A stretch of DNA of 62,854 nucleotides, the filler included, from Circinaria calcarea (Eukaryota), in the NCBI GenBank assembly GCA_051942165.1. It is 12 parts of 12 records of this genome, joined end to end, with 100 filler letters (N's around TTAATTAATTAA, not from the genome) between each part and the next. Parts side by side here need not be neighbours in the genome. Positions count along the whole stretch, not along the records: positions 47,240 to 52,380 come from JAVECS010002023.1; positions 52,481 to 57,620 come from JAVECS010002024.1; positions 57,721 to 62,854 come from JAVECS010002025.1; 9 more parts are not named here. One strand, given 5' to 3'. The first letter of the stretch is position 1. The number at the start of each line of letters is the position of its first letter. Shown here piece by piece: positions 51,635 to 62,854 of the stretch. The position numbers and the translations under genes are program-made. The notes below the pieces were generated by a model. The model made no database searches. It was not told where the DNA came from and saw only the letters and a list, made by a program, of their open reading frames with translations.

Positions 51635-52363
51635 TCACACCGACGCAATCTCCCAGTCCTCCTCGACCCCATCCTCGCCCGTATATTCGCCTTCCCAGTA
51701 ACTCTCCAGCGGCGCCATCCCCTCCGCCCCTCCTTCGTTCCCGCCTACGATATTCCGGATCTCCTCGTCTGTGAGTGGAAGGGTGCCTTCGTCTGGATCT
51801 GCGTCGGCCTCGGCTCGACCTTCCGGCCTCTCGTGCTCCTCCTCCTCCTCCCCATTCTCACCCTCAGCCTCGAACCACTCCGCCCACGCCCGTGCCCTCT
51901 CCTCCTCTTCCGCCTCCCTCGCTTCCTCGTCCGCCTCCCACCTCCTCACCTCCTCCTCCAGGCCCTCTTTGCCCTCGATCTGATACGTCCGCCAGACGTC
52001 CCGGTGCACCGCCGTGCGCATCTCGCCCTCGAGCCCCCAGATCCGATCTTCCAGCTCCTCCAACTCGCGGGGCCGGTCCCAGAAGTGCCGGGCCTCGAGC
52101 TTCGCGTACCGGCCCCACCAGGACTCGACCTGGGCGAGCAGGGCGAGCAGGACGGCGGCGTCGATGTGGCGGGCGCAGGCGCGGCACCGGAGAGGCGTGA
52201 GCCGTTTGGCCCCGAAGTAGGGGGTTTCGCAGTTTTCGGCGCTGCAGCGGGTCGGGTGGGTGGTCGGTTTGACGTGGCCGCAGGTGAGGAAGTGGAGGGT
52301 TGGGGTGCAGAAGCCTTGGCGGGCGCGGCTGAGGGTGTAGGGGGATGGGGATGAGAGGTCCAT
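51635..52363 (-). CDS. Cys/His (CGH-type) putative zinc-binding protein, paralog B, with an acidic C-terminus
   Basis: Intact 242-aa GC-rich ORF, convergent with paralog A. Confidence 0.75.
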   Translation of the reverse strand: MDLSSPSPYTLSRARQGFCTPTLHFLTCGHVKPTTHPTRCSAENCETPYFGAKRLTPLRCRACARHIDAAVLLALLAQVESWWGRYAKLEARHFWDRPRELEELEDRIWGLEGEMRTAVHRDVWRTYQIEGKEGLEEEVRRWEADEEAREAEEEERARAWAEWFEAEGENGEEEEEHERPEGRAEADADPDEGTLPLTDEEIRNIVGGNEGGAEGMAPLESYWEGEYTGEDGVEEDWEIASV

Positions 52364-52480
52364 TTCTGGGGGTGATGGGANNNNNNNNNNNNNNNNNNNN
52401 NNNNNNNNNNNNNNNNNNNNNNNNTTAATTAATTAANNNNNNNNNNNNNNNNNNNNNNNNNNNNNNNNNNNNNNNNNNNN

Positions 52481-52805
52481 TGCAAAATGAATCACATTGT
52501 CAATGTCTGGGTACTTTGCAAAGAGCTCATCAAAGGCGGCTTCGTCGGTGACATCGAGCTTGAAGAATTCCGGCTTCTTGCCAGAAATAAGTTGAATGCG
52601 CCGCAGGACCTCTGGAGACGAGTTGTAGAAGTTGTCTGCGATCACGACCTTGTAGTCGGCCTCGAGGAGCGCAAGTGCTGTGAAAGAACCGATGTAGCCG
52701 GTACCTCTGCATGCACAGTTACGTCAGTGGGAATCCAAACTCTGATCTTGCTCTACGATAACGGCCGAGAACGAACCCGGTGACCAGGACGGAGCCAACG
52801 ACCAT
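52481..52805 (-). CDS. GAL10: UDP-glucose 4-epimerase (5' part, truncated)
   Basis: SVLVTG-GTGYIGSFT...VVIADNFYNSSPEVLRRI...VIHFA; one intron. Confidence 0.95.
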
Positions 52806-53160
52806 TTTGATTGTCTATGAGGTGTATGTCTTTTTCGCTCTGAAAAACAAAACTGAAGCCTTACAAACACGGCGGGATTGTTCAAAAGGCATCAGATGAC
52901 GAAGCGTGTTCAGAACGGAATACCATCCGAACGCAATCATGAACAGCTCGCCGCGGCGCAATCAGCCGTTGAAACCTGGGGTAACCTTTACCGGGCCATT
53001 AGTCTATCTTACAAGGTTGAAACACGCTAAATTTAGGTTATCCAGGACGCTTGCAACGTTGTGATCCCTGGACTTACAAGGACATTGTGCTTAGTATACT
53101 CTCACGTATCCTAGTGGTTCAACAGCAGGACGTAGTGTATTTGATGTACATAGACCATAT

Positions 53161-54334
53161 TCAACATTTGCAGAGATCTTCCAGAATATTGATAACTTTC
53201 CTGACGCCAAGTAAAAGATTCTCGTCCGGCCCTAGGCCAGGTGTCCATTTAGCATGCGCAAAGTCAATGAGCTTGATGGCTTGGATCTTTGGCATGTGAA
53301 CGTCCTCCTCCTCCTCCTCCTCTACATCGTCATCCTCCTCTTCTGAGCTTGAAGTCCTTGAAGGCGTTCCGTCTACTACCGGTTTTGCAGCCGTCTCCTT
53401 GTCTCCAGCTGACTCCGCGGCACAAGGAATGCTGGACTTCTCGGCGTCAAACGCGTATTGCAATGCGTTCCCGTCTCCTTCATAGATGAACAAGAGACTT
53501 GCAGAGTACATCCGGCTCTCTTCCGACTCTATGACTTCTCGTAATCCTCGGAGGTCTTTGAGAAATCTCTGAATAACTTCGCACGCCAAGGTCTTGGTGA
53601 CTGCCGCGCTTTTTACAAAAAAGAAGTCTTCGAACCCTTGCCGGACCGTTTCAACCGTCAGATTTCGACCGTACGCCTTGTCGTATACTCTGTATCCGTC
53701 AGTGCCCGTGCTTTGATGCTCATTAGCTTGCTCTCCCTGCCAGATCTTCATGCCTGCAATCCGGAAGCCCAAAGTTTTACTTGTTGTTTCCGCGGCGACT
53801 TTCTCGAGCTTCTGCCGCTTCGCCGGTGGAGCATCGTCTGCCCATAACCTTGCGCCGAGTTTGACATCTAGCACGTTTGGTTTTTTGAAATGAGCCGCCA
53901 TGTTTTCGAGAACGATAGCCGTGTTGGTGTCGATCTTCCCTCCATTCGAAGGGGTCCAAGCTGGCAAAGTTGGTGTCGTAGGATGTCCATCATCGAAGAA
54001 AGGCGCGATTACATGTGAAATGTCTGGGAGACTTCGATCACTGCTAGATTGAGTAACCACTGGATTTGACGACAAAGAAAGAGTGCCCCAAAATTTAGGA
54101 GTATAGTACTGGAAAGCAGAGTGTGACGCCGCGGACTGATAGAAGTCAACTTCGGCCTGACAGCAAGGCTTGACTATCAGCTCTCCGGACAAGTCCGCCA
54201 GCACCCCATCACTAGAGAGACCTTATCAGCGCCGAACTTACACCACCGACATCAAACAATTCGTAGACTCACTGGCCAGCGGCGGCGTTGTCGAAGGCAA
54301 TCAACTGGGATTTGCGTAAGGAATGTTGGGCCAT
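53161..54334 (-). CDS. IPK2: Inositol polyphosphate multikinase (Arg82/Ipk2)
   Basis: AAGH-DGV, EVDFYQ, IVLEN, PNVLDVKLG (PxxxDxKxG), GFRIAGM, YSASLL and LIDFAH motifs. Confidence 0.93.
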
Positions 54335-55020
54335 GTTGGCGTGCGCTTAAGTTGCGTGCTTAATATTACATATCAAGGAAAGATAAAGGACAAGAAAGGA
54401 GCCAAGCAGTCAATGCTTGAATAACAATGTAGCACTGGAACACTCCGCCTTATCAGATCCTCCCCGACGCCCGGGGGGGTATAGCAAAAGCCTATGACGG
54501 TCGAAGTCGAAACCTGGCGCGCGATGACGTGCCAAGCCCTTAGCCAATTATGGTACGCAGGGATCATCGGAAGCTTGACGGATAGATTTTTGCTTGACAG
54601 TTGGCTATACAGGCACGACAGGTAATCCATAGGGCTTTACCCCCGAGAGCATTTGCTTGTTTGCCACTACAATCTACTTTGTGTCACTTCACTCACCGAT
54701 TCAAGTGATTCAAGTGTAATTCCACTGGATCCGATAAGTCAAGCATGTCGAGCGGTTTGTCCGAAGCTTGCGTAATGGTCTACGTGAAGTAAACATCTCC
54801 TCGGAAACTGCTGAGAAGAGATTCACGTAGTCGGGATTAAGGAGAGGCAGTGGAGTCCTGCAGTGAATACTGCTTTCATCCGGCGCTACAACACTCACCG
54901 TTTGATCGATTCGATTAAACGTCCCTTCTTTTCGTACCTTCCAGACCTTTCCTTGGTCTCACCTTTTACCCACTTTAATATTCAATCCGTTGGTATTTTA
55001 TCTACCAAATCTAACTCACC

Positions 55021-56614
55021 ATGGACGACCACAACGAAAGTCACGGTCACACAGAGGAGGGGAGCCAAGGTCAAGATGAATGCGACGGCCACGACGAAAA
55101 CCAAGTTCATAACGAGAACAGTGCCGTCATGGGCGCAGGTGTCGCCGTTGGGAAGAAGAAAAAGAAGAAGTCCAAGAGCAAGAGCAAGAGAGGCTTGGTA
55201 GACCTCCAGAGGTGATTATCCTGTATTATTCTGATTTGTGATTATACAGACTGCCCCTACCGGCTTCGAAGAGTATTATGTAGATGCCCCAATCACCCCG
55301 GATGAGTACGAGCTCGAGAGAGGCATCTATCACCCCGGTCGACCCTTCATCGAACGTGTGCAAACCGCTATTCAACGGTACAAGGCCAAACGCAATTTGG
55401 ACTCCGAGCGAAAAGACTTGTTTGACAAGTACATGGTGTACGGTGGCGTGGATACGGGACCGAAGATGTTTGGCGGCGGATTGGATTCTCGTACGCTAGA
55501 AGAGGCTACTGCGGCAGACATCACGGCCTTTACGGCAACGAATTATGTTAAAGATGACAAAGAAGGCACTGATTACGTGGTTGACTTTGACGGGTGTGTC
55601 AAAGGTTTCATGTAAGCTGTGCTCAAACACCGCTGACAAACCTTGTCCAGCTGTTCCTCTAATCCTTTCTACAGCTCCTCACGACTCTGCCAGGTCTTTG
55701 AAGTCATTACCGAGAAACAGATCAAGTCACGCATCGCCGTGATTCGAAACTTCCTCAATTACCTCCTCCATCACGACGTATGTCCAGAGTACAAAGGTCA
55801 GATCAATGCTGCCCGCGCTACATGCGATCTAGGCGAGAAGGAACTGTGGTCGATCTCGCAAGCCGCCTCACTCCTGCCAGGGGATTTCAACGTCGCATGC
55901 TCTACCCTGTTCGGCGGCTATTACGAGAATGCATATGTAGGCGACCAAGAGTGGGCGAAAGGGCTTAGCCTTAATGCCGGCATGAGTCCGGAAAAAGCAC
56001 GCAAGGTCTTTAAATTCGGTTTGGCCGCTCATGGTGACGACGAAACCGTCAAGGAGTACAACTATCATGTATCAAGCCATCAGGTCCGCGTGGTCGAGGT
56101 CATCGAGACCGGTCTGGAGGTCACGGAACTCGTGCCTGGGGACAAAGAGGTCCAAGAACTGTATGCAAATTTCCCTAGTCTTAATCCGATCGGCAAGTTA
56201 AAGGGCAAAACATGGTACCCTCCTGCGCCACGACAGGAGGAGCTCACCGAAGAGGAAGAGGCTAATCCACCCCCGAAAGAGATCAAGGAGTACACGCTAT
56301 GGGTGGAAGACAAGGCTTTGGCCAAATGCTTCGTAGGAATGAAACTCGAGGTAGTTATTAGGAAGCTCAGTTTTGGGGTCTACTATCTGGATAACGTCCC
56401 GGCGATCTATTGCTCCTTCTATGACGTCCTGCCCAACGAGTTCATGCTGGGCTGGCGGGAACACGTGTACCTGGAACCTCGCCCCACGAATGATATTCAT
56501 CCGGAACAGAATCAGCTGGAGGATGACGGTACGCTCAAAGAAATCAATGGAAATCCAGCGGCGTTTTTGCACCCCGAAGATGAGAGTAATGCCAATTTAG
56601 AGGAGGACGAATGA
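55021..56614 (+). CDS. arb1: Argonaute siRNA chaperone complex subunit Arb1
   Basis: Lys-rich N-terminus, PTGFEEYYVDAPITP, NFLNYLLHHDVCPEY, LPGDFNVACSTLFGG, CFVGMKLE and CSFYDVLPNE; two introns. Confidence 0.9.
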
Positions 56615-56733
56615 GCTTGCAAAAGTCGCTCTGCAGCGCATAGCATAGCTAGCTTTTGTTTCGGAGCCAACGCAAAAGGCGTCAATGTATCCGGAAGACT
56701 GCAGTTTAGAGCAATCGTTCTTCAACGATTAAT

Positions 56734-57620
56734 CTATGGTTTCAGAAGCAATTTCCCCGTCGTTTTTCGGCCTTCCAAGTCCTGATAGCACACGTGTTCG
56801 TTAGCCCGATGTACCGTCATGAGTACAAGCATCGAAAAAGCTAATAAAATTCCCAAAAAAACCCACATTATGCGCCCGTGCCACTTCCTCGAGTGGGTAG
56901 ATTTCGTGAATGCGGACGTTGAAGTTGGCCCCGCTCATGAGCTGGAAGAGCTCGCTGGCGTAGTGCTCAAATTCCTCGCGCGTGTAGATGTAATTGAACA
57001 GGGTCGGGCGCGCGACTTTGATGTTTTTGGCCGCTAATCTCCTGGAATCGGGCCAAGGACACGTAAAGTGTCGTCAGTATGATAAATCCATCCCTTTGCT
57101 CCCCCCCCCAACCCTCCGCAGGGGAGAAAGAAGAAGAAGAAGAAAAAGGGAGAGAAAAAGCCGCAAGCAAAAGGCTCCAACGACTCACGAAATCGCAAAC
57201 GGTTCCACCGCCCCGCTCGCGTTCCCAAAACTAACCAGACTCCCCTTCCGCCCCACCGCCGCCAGACTGACCTCGAACGTGCTCTGACCCACGCCATCGA
57301 ACACGGCCCTCACGCCCCCTGTATCCTCCTCCGCGCCCGTACACTCCCTCACGGCACCCAGCACCTCCTCCCTCGCATACCCGCACGCCACCTCGGCCCC
57401 GTTCTCCCGCGCCAAAGCCCGCTTGGCCTCGGACCCGGCCGTCGCAATCACCCGGGCCCCCTTGGCGCGCAGGACCTGGCACAGCCAGAGCCCGACGCCG
57501 CCGGCGGCCGCGTGCACCAGAATCCAGTCGCCCGGCTCGACGGCGTGGGCTTCGGACACGAGGGTGAGGGCCGTGAGGCCCTGCAGCAGGGAGGCGGCCG
57601 CTGTGGGGGTGGGGATGGAG
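56734..57620 (-). CDS. ZTA1: NADPH:quinone oxidoreductase (zeta-crystallin/Zta1-like), 5' truncated
   Basis: LLQGLTA, ILVHAAAGGVG, AVFDGVG, VSFGNASG, RPTLFNY and DLEGRKTTGKLLLK motifs. Confidence 0.93.
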
Positions 57621-57741
57621 NNNNNNNNNNNNNNNNNNNNNNNNNNNNNNNNNNNNNNNNNNNNTTAATTAATTAANNNNNNNNNNNNNNNNNNNNNNNN
57701 NNNNNNNNNNNNNNNNNNNNACGTAACTTCCAACCCCAGAA

Positions 57742-57925
57742 CCAGGAGACGCAAAGCCTAGGAGACGCAAAGCCCAGGAGACGCAAAGCCAGGGCAAGGG
57801 CCAGGCAGGGCAATGCAGGGCAGGGCAAGAGCAAGGCAGGGCAAAGGCAGGGCAAGGCAAGGGCAAGGCAAGGGCAAGGGCAAGGGCAAGGCAGGGTAAG
57901 AGCAAGGGCAAGGGCAAGGGCAGGG
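57742..57925. repeat. Simple repeats: 16-bp ggagacgcaaagccca x3, followed by a degenerate (GGGCAA/GGCAA)n array
   Basis: Visible directly at the contig start. Confidence 0.9.
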
Positions 57926-58589
57926 GGATAGAAACGGGGATGAAAGGGGGGGAGAGGAAAGAAAGAGAAAGAAACTAAGATTTACTTTTATCATTGCGGA
58001 GTTCGACAAGGCGGATACGGGGGGATGAAGTCGAGTGGGACAAGGAACGAGGAATCAGGTGAGGATTTGAACGTTTTAAGATAGCAAGGCCGGGGGAAAG
58101 GAGTGGTTTGAATACGTATTTAGATAGATATTGTTATTCTTAGTTGAAGGAACTGGTTGAATAAAAGGGGTAATACTTGACAGAAGGGAAAGTGTCTCTA
58201 GTAGTGACAGTGGTACGATCTGGATAAGCAGGGTCAAAAGAACAGGTAAGTTGCACCAGTTGCAATTACCCGTATTCCTAATCGCCAGAGATTGATACTG
58301 ACGCTGGGATCCGATCGAGCTCGTGTTAGGTCTCGCCCTTATGTGTACAAGCCGGTAAGACGGGGATAGTGAATTTGATCTAGCCCTATCTAAATAGAAG
58401 ACATGTAGACAACGAACGAGAAGATCAAAGACTAATAGCTCAAATCGTATTGTTGAAACGTCCTGCTGGGTAGCTTGAATAAAACTATCGAAAAGATCCA
58501 TGTAGGTGCCCGGTGTGGCCTTATTCCGCTCCAAGGAGGCTTTTGCGTCGGGTTGCGCAGAGCGTCCGAGAGTTTCCGTTATAGAAGTC

Positions 58590-58716
58590 AAGGCCTCCGA
58601 CAGTGCAGCCGGTGCAGTGCACCCCATTACACTGCATTGGCAGTACAGTGCGGGTATGCTACGCTGCACGGGAACTGCCAAGCCGCAACTGCACCGGCTG
58701 CACTATTGGAGGCCTT
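58590..58716. mobile_element. MITE-like element, 127 bp, with 29-bp terminal inverted repeats
   Basis: AAGGCCTCCGACAGTGCAGCCGGTGCAGT (58590-58618) versus ACTGCACCGGCTGCACTATTGGAGGCCTT (58688-58716): 27/29 complementary; internal TGGCAGT...ACTGCCA hairpin. Confidence 0.6.
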
Positions 58717-58899
58717 ATTCATGCCCACGCCAAGTGTTCACTATGTATGTCAAGAGCAGCTCGGATCATCAGTGATATGATGAGATGACAGATCTCATTC
58801 TCGTGCTAATCCAAACCCTAGGGAATATATGAACAATGATTTCACTAAGCCTTAACAGCCTAGTCGGGGCGCGGCGCAACACTACCTTTTCCTACAGCA

Positions 58900-60227
58900 C
58901 TAGGCCGGGGTGTTGGTTACCATGAAATCTTTCTGTAGATGAATTTTTCCTTTCGGGCTCAGGATTCCATCCGATGATTCCCCTGATCTACTGCCGGGAC
59001 CACCCACGACAACAGTCCTTAAGTTGAAGGAATCGGTGGCAGGTGACTTTGGCCCGTAACCCCGATAAAGGTACTTCCTCGGACGGGATGTGGTCGGTTT
59101 GGTTGTGAAGAATAAACGGACGGAGGGCAAGCTCGCTGCTACTATCGCTAATGGGAATATCAGCATGTTAGCACAACAAGGTATGGGTGTGCTGGCTTGT
59201 CATGCAGGATCGTACGGGGCGTAACTGACAGAAAGTGACTTCAAGCGTGGAATAGAAAGCCAGTCTAATAGGGTCCACAAAATCATTACGAGGGTTGGTC
59301 TTGACCAGGCGTAGAATGGCGATCGTGATGACGATGAGCGGGAGGAGAAAGATTGTTATCAAGATCCACCTCTGACGGGAATCGACCTGCAACTTGTACA
59401 GTAGTGGAAACGGAGTGAGCATGACTGCCAAGCATTAGCTTCGTCCTATCACGCTGCCCTAAAGGAGTCCGAGCTGCTGCGACTTACTAAGGAAATCAGT
59501 AATGATGTCGGTAACGCTGCTGAATCTGAACGTAAGGTTCGCGCCGTACATGCTCCTTGGTGACAAGCAACCGCCTTTTGGCTGTTAGCTTGATAAGATT
59601 TGGACGACTAGGCTTTCCTTACCAGGCACAAAGAAGTTGGACGAAGGAGAGCAGGCAAACCCTTGGAGGAAGAGCGAAATCATCCAGGTTGCAATTGCGA
59701 GGCTGCACATGATTCCAACAAAGACTCTAACATTCGTCCGCACGGATTCATAAAGCCTCCAGAAAAAGGATAGCAGAGCGAGCTTGACCAGCCACAAAGA
59801 CGTCCAAAACATATAGGTGACCGCGAATTGGAACTTGAGATAACGGACAAAATGCGAAGCAAACGAGGCATTCGGTGCCTGGCTTTTAACTCCAACAGCG
59901 ACTACCTCATACATAGGGGGAGCCATGAATTGATACAGAATGCTCAGAACGACATGGAACATCAAGGCCAGAAAGATCAGAATGTCGTTTGCGAAGAGAC
60001 GTCTGTTATGAGAGTACTGGAGCCACGTGCGTAGGACGGTGAAAAACGTTGCGACTGCGGTGCCGACCCATACAACGACCTGTATCGAATACACTTTTGG
60101 TTAGCCAAGGTGAGAACGAGAAATCCTTCATGAGACTCACATAGAGCTGTCCCGTCGTAACGAAGAAGGGGTTAATTTTCACATCACGCTCAGCTGCACG
60201 CGCATGCAACATCAGAACATCTGCCAT
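58900..60227 (-). CDS. PTH11-like (fungal rhodopsin-domain) 7TM membrane protein without CFEM
   Basis: TVLRTW..RRLFANDILI, FWTSLWLVKLALL..FWRL, ACSP, ITDFL..LTPFPLLYKLQV, ILRL, LEVT..IVAASLPSVR; four introns. Confidence 0.88.
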
Positions 60228-61002
60228 TTCTATAGGGAAAACATGAGTAAGATGGTTGCTATAAATTCAACTTCCAACCATCCCATTCAACAAACAATCG
60301 AACATCGTTCATCACCTCTTCAGATGACAGAGCCCGCAGCGTCTATATATGTCGGAATTACTATTGCGCAAAAAAGCAACAAGGAAGTTACCGCTTTCGG
60401 CATGCCTGAGCAGATCCAATCAACACGGAATTTCCCGACACCCTCTCCTTGGCAATCAAGATGCATCCATTTCCAAACGGTGTGGCTGCTGTTGATAGTG
60501 TATTTCAACCACCAAAGGCGCGAGAGACAAGCTGCTCTTCCCCGGATGTCCTCGTACATTTGGGCTGTTCTCGACGGTAGCGGCAATATTTGACCTCATT
60601 GAATCATCGGAAGGGTGGGATGATTTGCCCCGTGTTCCCTTCCCCCCCCCGGCCCCTGGCATCTTTAGCTTCCCACTAAGAAAGATCAGGCGAACGGTTC
60701 GTACCGAAAGCACCAAAGTCAAACTGCCCCCTTGAACGCATTCAACACACTACGCCGAGACTAAATTCCAGCCTCTCCGTCTAAGAGACGCCTTCTCACG
60801 TCTCTTATCGAAAATGGGTAGGCAGTAGCGGGTGGGATACGGAAACGCCTCGGTCATGTTCCAGACCAGCCCCACTTCCCCTTGCATGACCTTACTCCGT
60901 ACTGCTGGTGTCATCACTTTGAGCTGCATCTGTCGTTGTTGTCTGAGCTCGCAGTATCTGATAGCATCGTACACTTCCAACTCATTCCACTGCCATTTTC
61001 TA

Positions 61003-61938
61003 ATGATGCAACTATCATCCCAAACCGTGTACACCAGTATCATCATCTTCCTGACCCAAGCAACCCTCGCTCTCCAGTCCTCCGTCCCCAGGGCCTGCCC
61101 CCCCTCGAATACCATCCTTCCCGCCACTCTCACCCAAGCCATCCCCTTCTATTCCCTCGCGACGTCCTATCCCCGCGCCATAACATCCGATCAAAACCCT
61201 TCTACCGTCTCCCAGATTCGGAACACCCTCGCCCTGTACCCTCTCGCCATCGATGGGAAAAATTTCGCCGCGCTTTCCCTTGTCTTCACTCCTGATGTCG
61301 TTGCCAACTATTCGGCGCCCCTGAATGTGCTTACAGGACTGGCGACCGTGCAGGCGACTCTGCAGCAGAGCCTGATGTATGTAGATACGCAGCATTCGTA
61401 CGGGACGCAGGTCATTGAGGTACTGGCGAGAGGGTGCACGGCGAAGAGTGTAACCTATTTCACCGCCAGTCATTTTGGAAGAGGGAAGTACTCTGGACAG
61501 GTAGGTCGGAACTGGTGCTTCTCGATTGTCCTGTTCTACTATTTCCTGGAAGCATGCCGCCCTTTCATGCCTATCAATCGGGCCATAGAAAAGTGAAGTG
61601 CAAAAAAGAATAATAGTCCTACCTCTCGATTCCGCCGATCAAACTGACTCTGACATGATACTCTATCTTCAGGTCCTCTACTCCTACGGTCAATATCAAG
61701 ATATCCTAGTCCTTAATCCCGCAATACACGAATGGAGGATCAAAGCGCGGACTTTGGTATACATGGTATGTTGTTTTTCCCCCTTTTCCCAGCCTAGCTG
61801 GTCCCTTCCCTGACTAGATAACCTACTCTAGGTAGGATTGGTAACTTGTGGGCAAGTACGATGTAGCTTGGCTAATCCATCAACAACCTTATCCAGGGCC
61901 CGCTCATTGGGAATCTCTCCATCTTCGGTCCGAGCTGA
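61003..61938 (+). CDS. Secreted SnoaL/NTF2-like protein
   Basis: Signal peptide; IRNTLALYPLAIDGKNF..VFTPDVVANY, TQHSYGT, SVTYFTASHF, YGQYQD and WRIKARTL; two introns. Confidence 0.85.
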
Positions 61939-62395
61939 GAACGACCGAGTTTCATCTTGTCCGTAGTCGAGGGCATGCTATACCTTCTAGAAGCTACCTT
62001 GAGATGATTGCATGATTCGGTCATGGTGGGATGTGTATACGATCAACATTTACCCAAAGCAAGATATGCTTGTGTAATATATATCATATATTGAGTTATG
62101 AACATATACAGTAGCCTTTGGGCTCTCGTGGTCTATTGGATCTCATAAAAAGCCGAAAGGTGGCCAGCCGCAGCTTGACCCTGAATTCAATTATCTTGCA
62201 TATTACCTCCCGATTGCTGTTCGCAGTAGAAACTCCCACCAACAGATCCCCGACTCCTGAATCAGCCAACTTTTCCAAACCCAATAATTTCCCAATATCT
62301 AATAACCCCTGGAGTAAGAGGTGGTCCAATCGGGTGGTAGCAAGATCGCTCCTTCATCGACTGAACGACTCTAGCGATGAGAGTACGTACCGTGT

Positions 62396-62854
62396 TTAAA
62401 ATCGTAGTCTAGCAAGCCAGTACAACGCGCCAAAGGCCATACCTCCGAGATGACCGAGGTGGCCTGAGGTTTCGAGTCAGCTTTCCAGACCTTTCAAGTG
62501 GAATTCGGCTTCCGATGAAGCCCTTCTTACCTGTATTCACAGCCAGCCCGTTAGTTTGAGCATAGATACTCCACCCTGCAAACCCTAGTGCCACGATCCA
62601 ACTCGAAATCGGGACGGGCTGTTCATCATGTCAGTTCTTCCCTTTCCCATCAACCACCGCCATCCTTGCCATGATGAATGAAGTAAAAGAAATAAAAACG
62701 GCTCACAAACGGCATAATATACATCTTCGACCTGGGAAACTGACAAGCAACCACCGCGCTCAGTCCCAGCACGCTTCCGGACGCCCCCACAAGCGCATGT
62801 CCCCTCAACTCCCTCCTCTTCTGCAACGCCAGCCCCGCCAACCCTCCGCTCACC
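62396..62854 (-). CDS. Rhomboid-family protease (Pcp1/PARL-like), 3' part
   Basis: Catalytic GASG motif (LVGASGSVLG) and HLGGMAFG catalytic His motif; stop at 62396-62398. Confidence 0.85.

Noticed and set aside
33670..56614. RNA-silencing cluster formed by translin and Arb1 (with NCBP3 elsewhere)
   Set aside because: They are on different contigs; the co-occurrence is an artefact of concatenation.
57790..57925. (GGGCAA)n as a telomere
   Set aside because: Degenerate, mixed 5- and 6-mer units, not TTAGGG, and not terminal.
58076..58681. 201-aa ORF as a gene
   Set aside because: It starts inside the MITE-like element and has no recognisable motif.

Overview
This window is not one locus. It is 12 unrelated ~5.13-5.16 kb contigs, sorted by decreasing length and joined by an artificial 100-nt spacer (44 N + TTAATTAATTAA + 44 N), so nothing can be inferred across the spacers. 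Eleven contigs are intron-containing nuclear DNA of a filamentous ascomycete (Pezizomycotina; a lichen-type fungus is a guess). Recognisable genes: NCBP3, GH1 beta-glucosidase, acetyl-CoA transporter, CENP-O/Mcm21, two UstYa/DUF3328 genes, translin, gamma-tubulin, Pol delta subunit 4, a Ura1-like class-1 DHODH (probable dihydrouracil oxidase), C2H2 and C2H2-ankyrin proteins, fungoglobin, GAL10, IPMK, Arb1, a quinone oxidoreductase, a PTH11-like protein, a SnoaL-like protein and a rhomboid protease. One AT-rich contig (10509-15660) is decayed mitochondrial-type DNA. The three most notable observations are: (1) an orphan copy of the rnl mL2449 group I intron that carries, where rps3 normally sits, an ORF resembling a secreted prepro-protein; (2) in-frame UAG codons inside otherwise intact nuclear ORFs, one of them exactly opposite a Trp codon in an adjacent paralog (candidate A-to-I restorative editing versus mutational decay); (3) a partly decayed dikaritin-like RiPP locus with a repeated GA[DN]GTTR..YEPNTWW-like unit. 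All product calls come from motif recognition by eye; no database searches were run.
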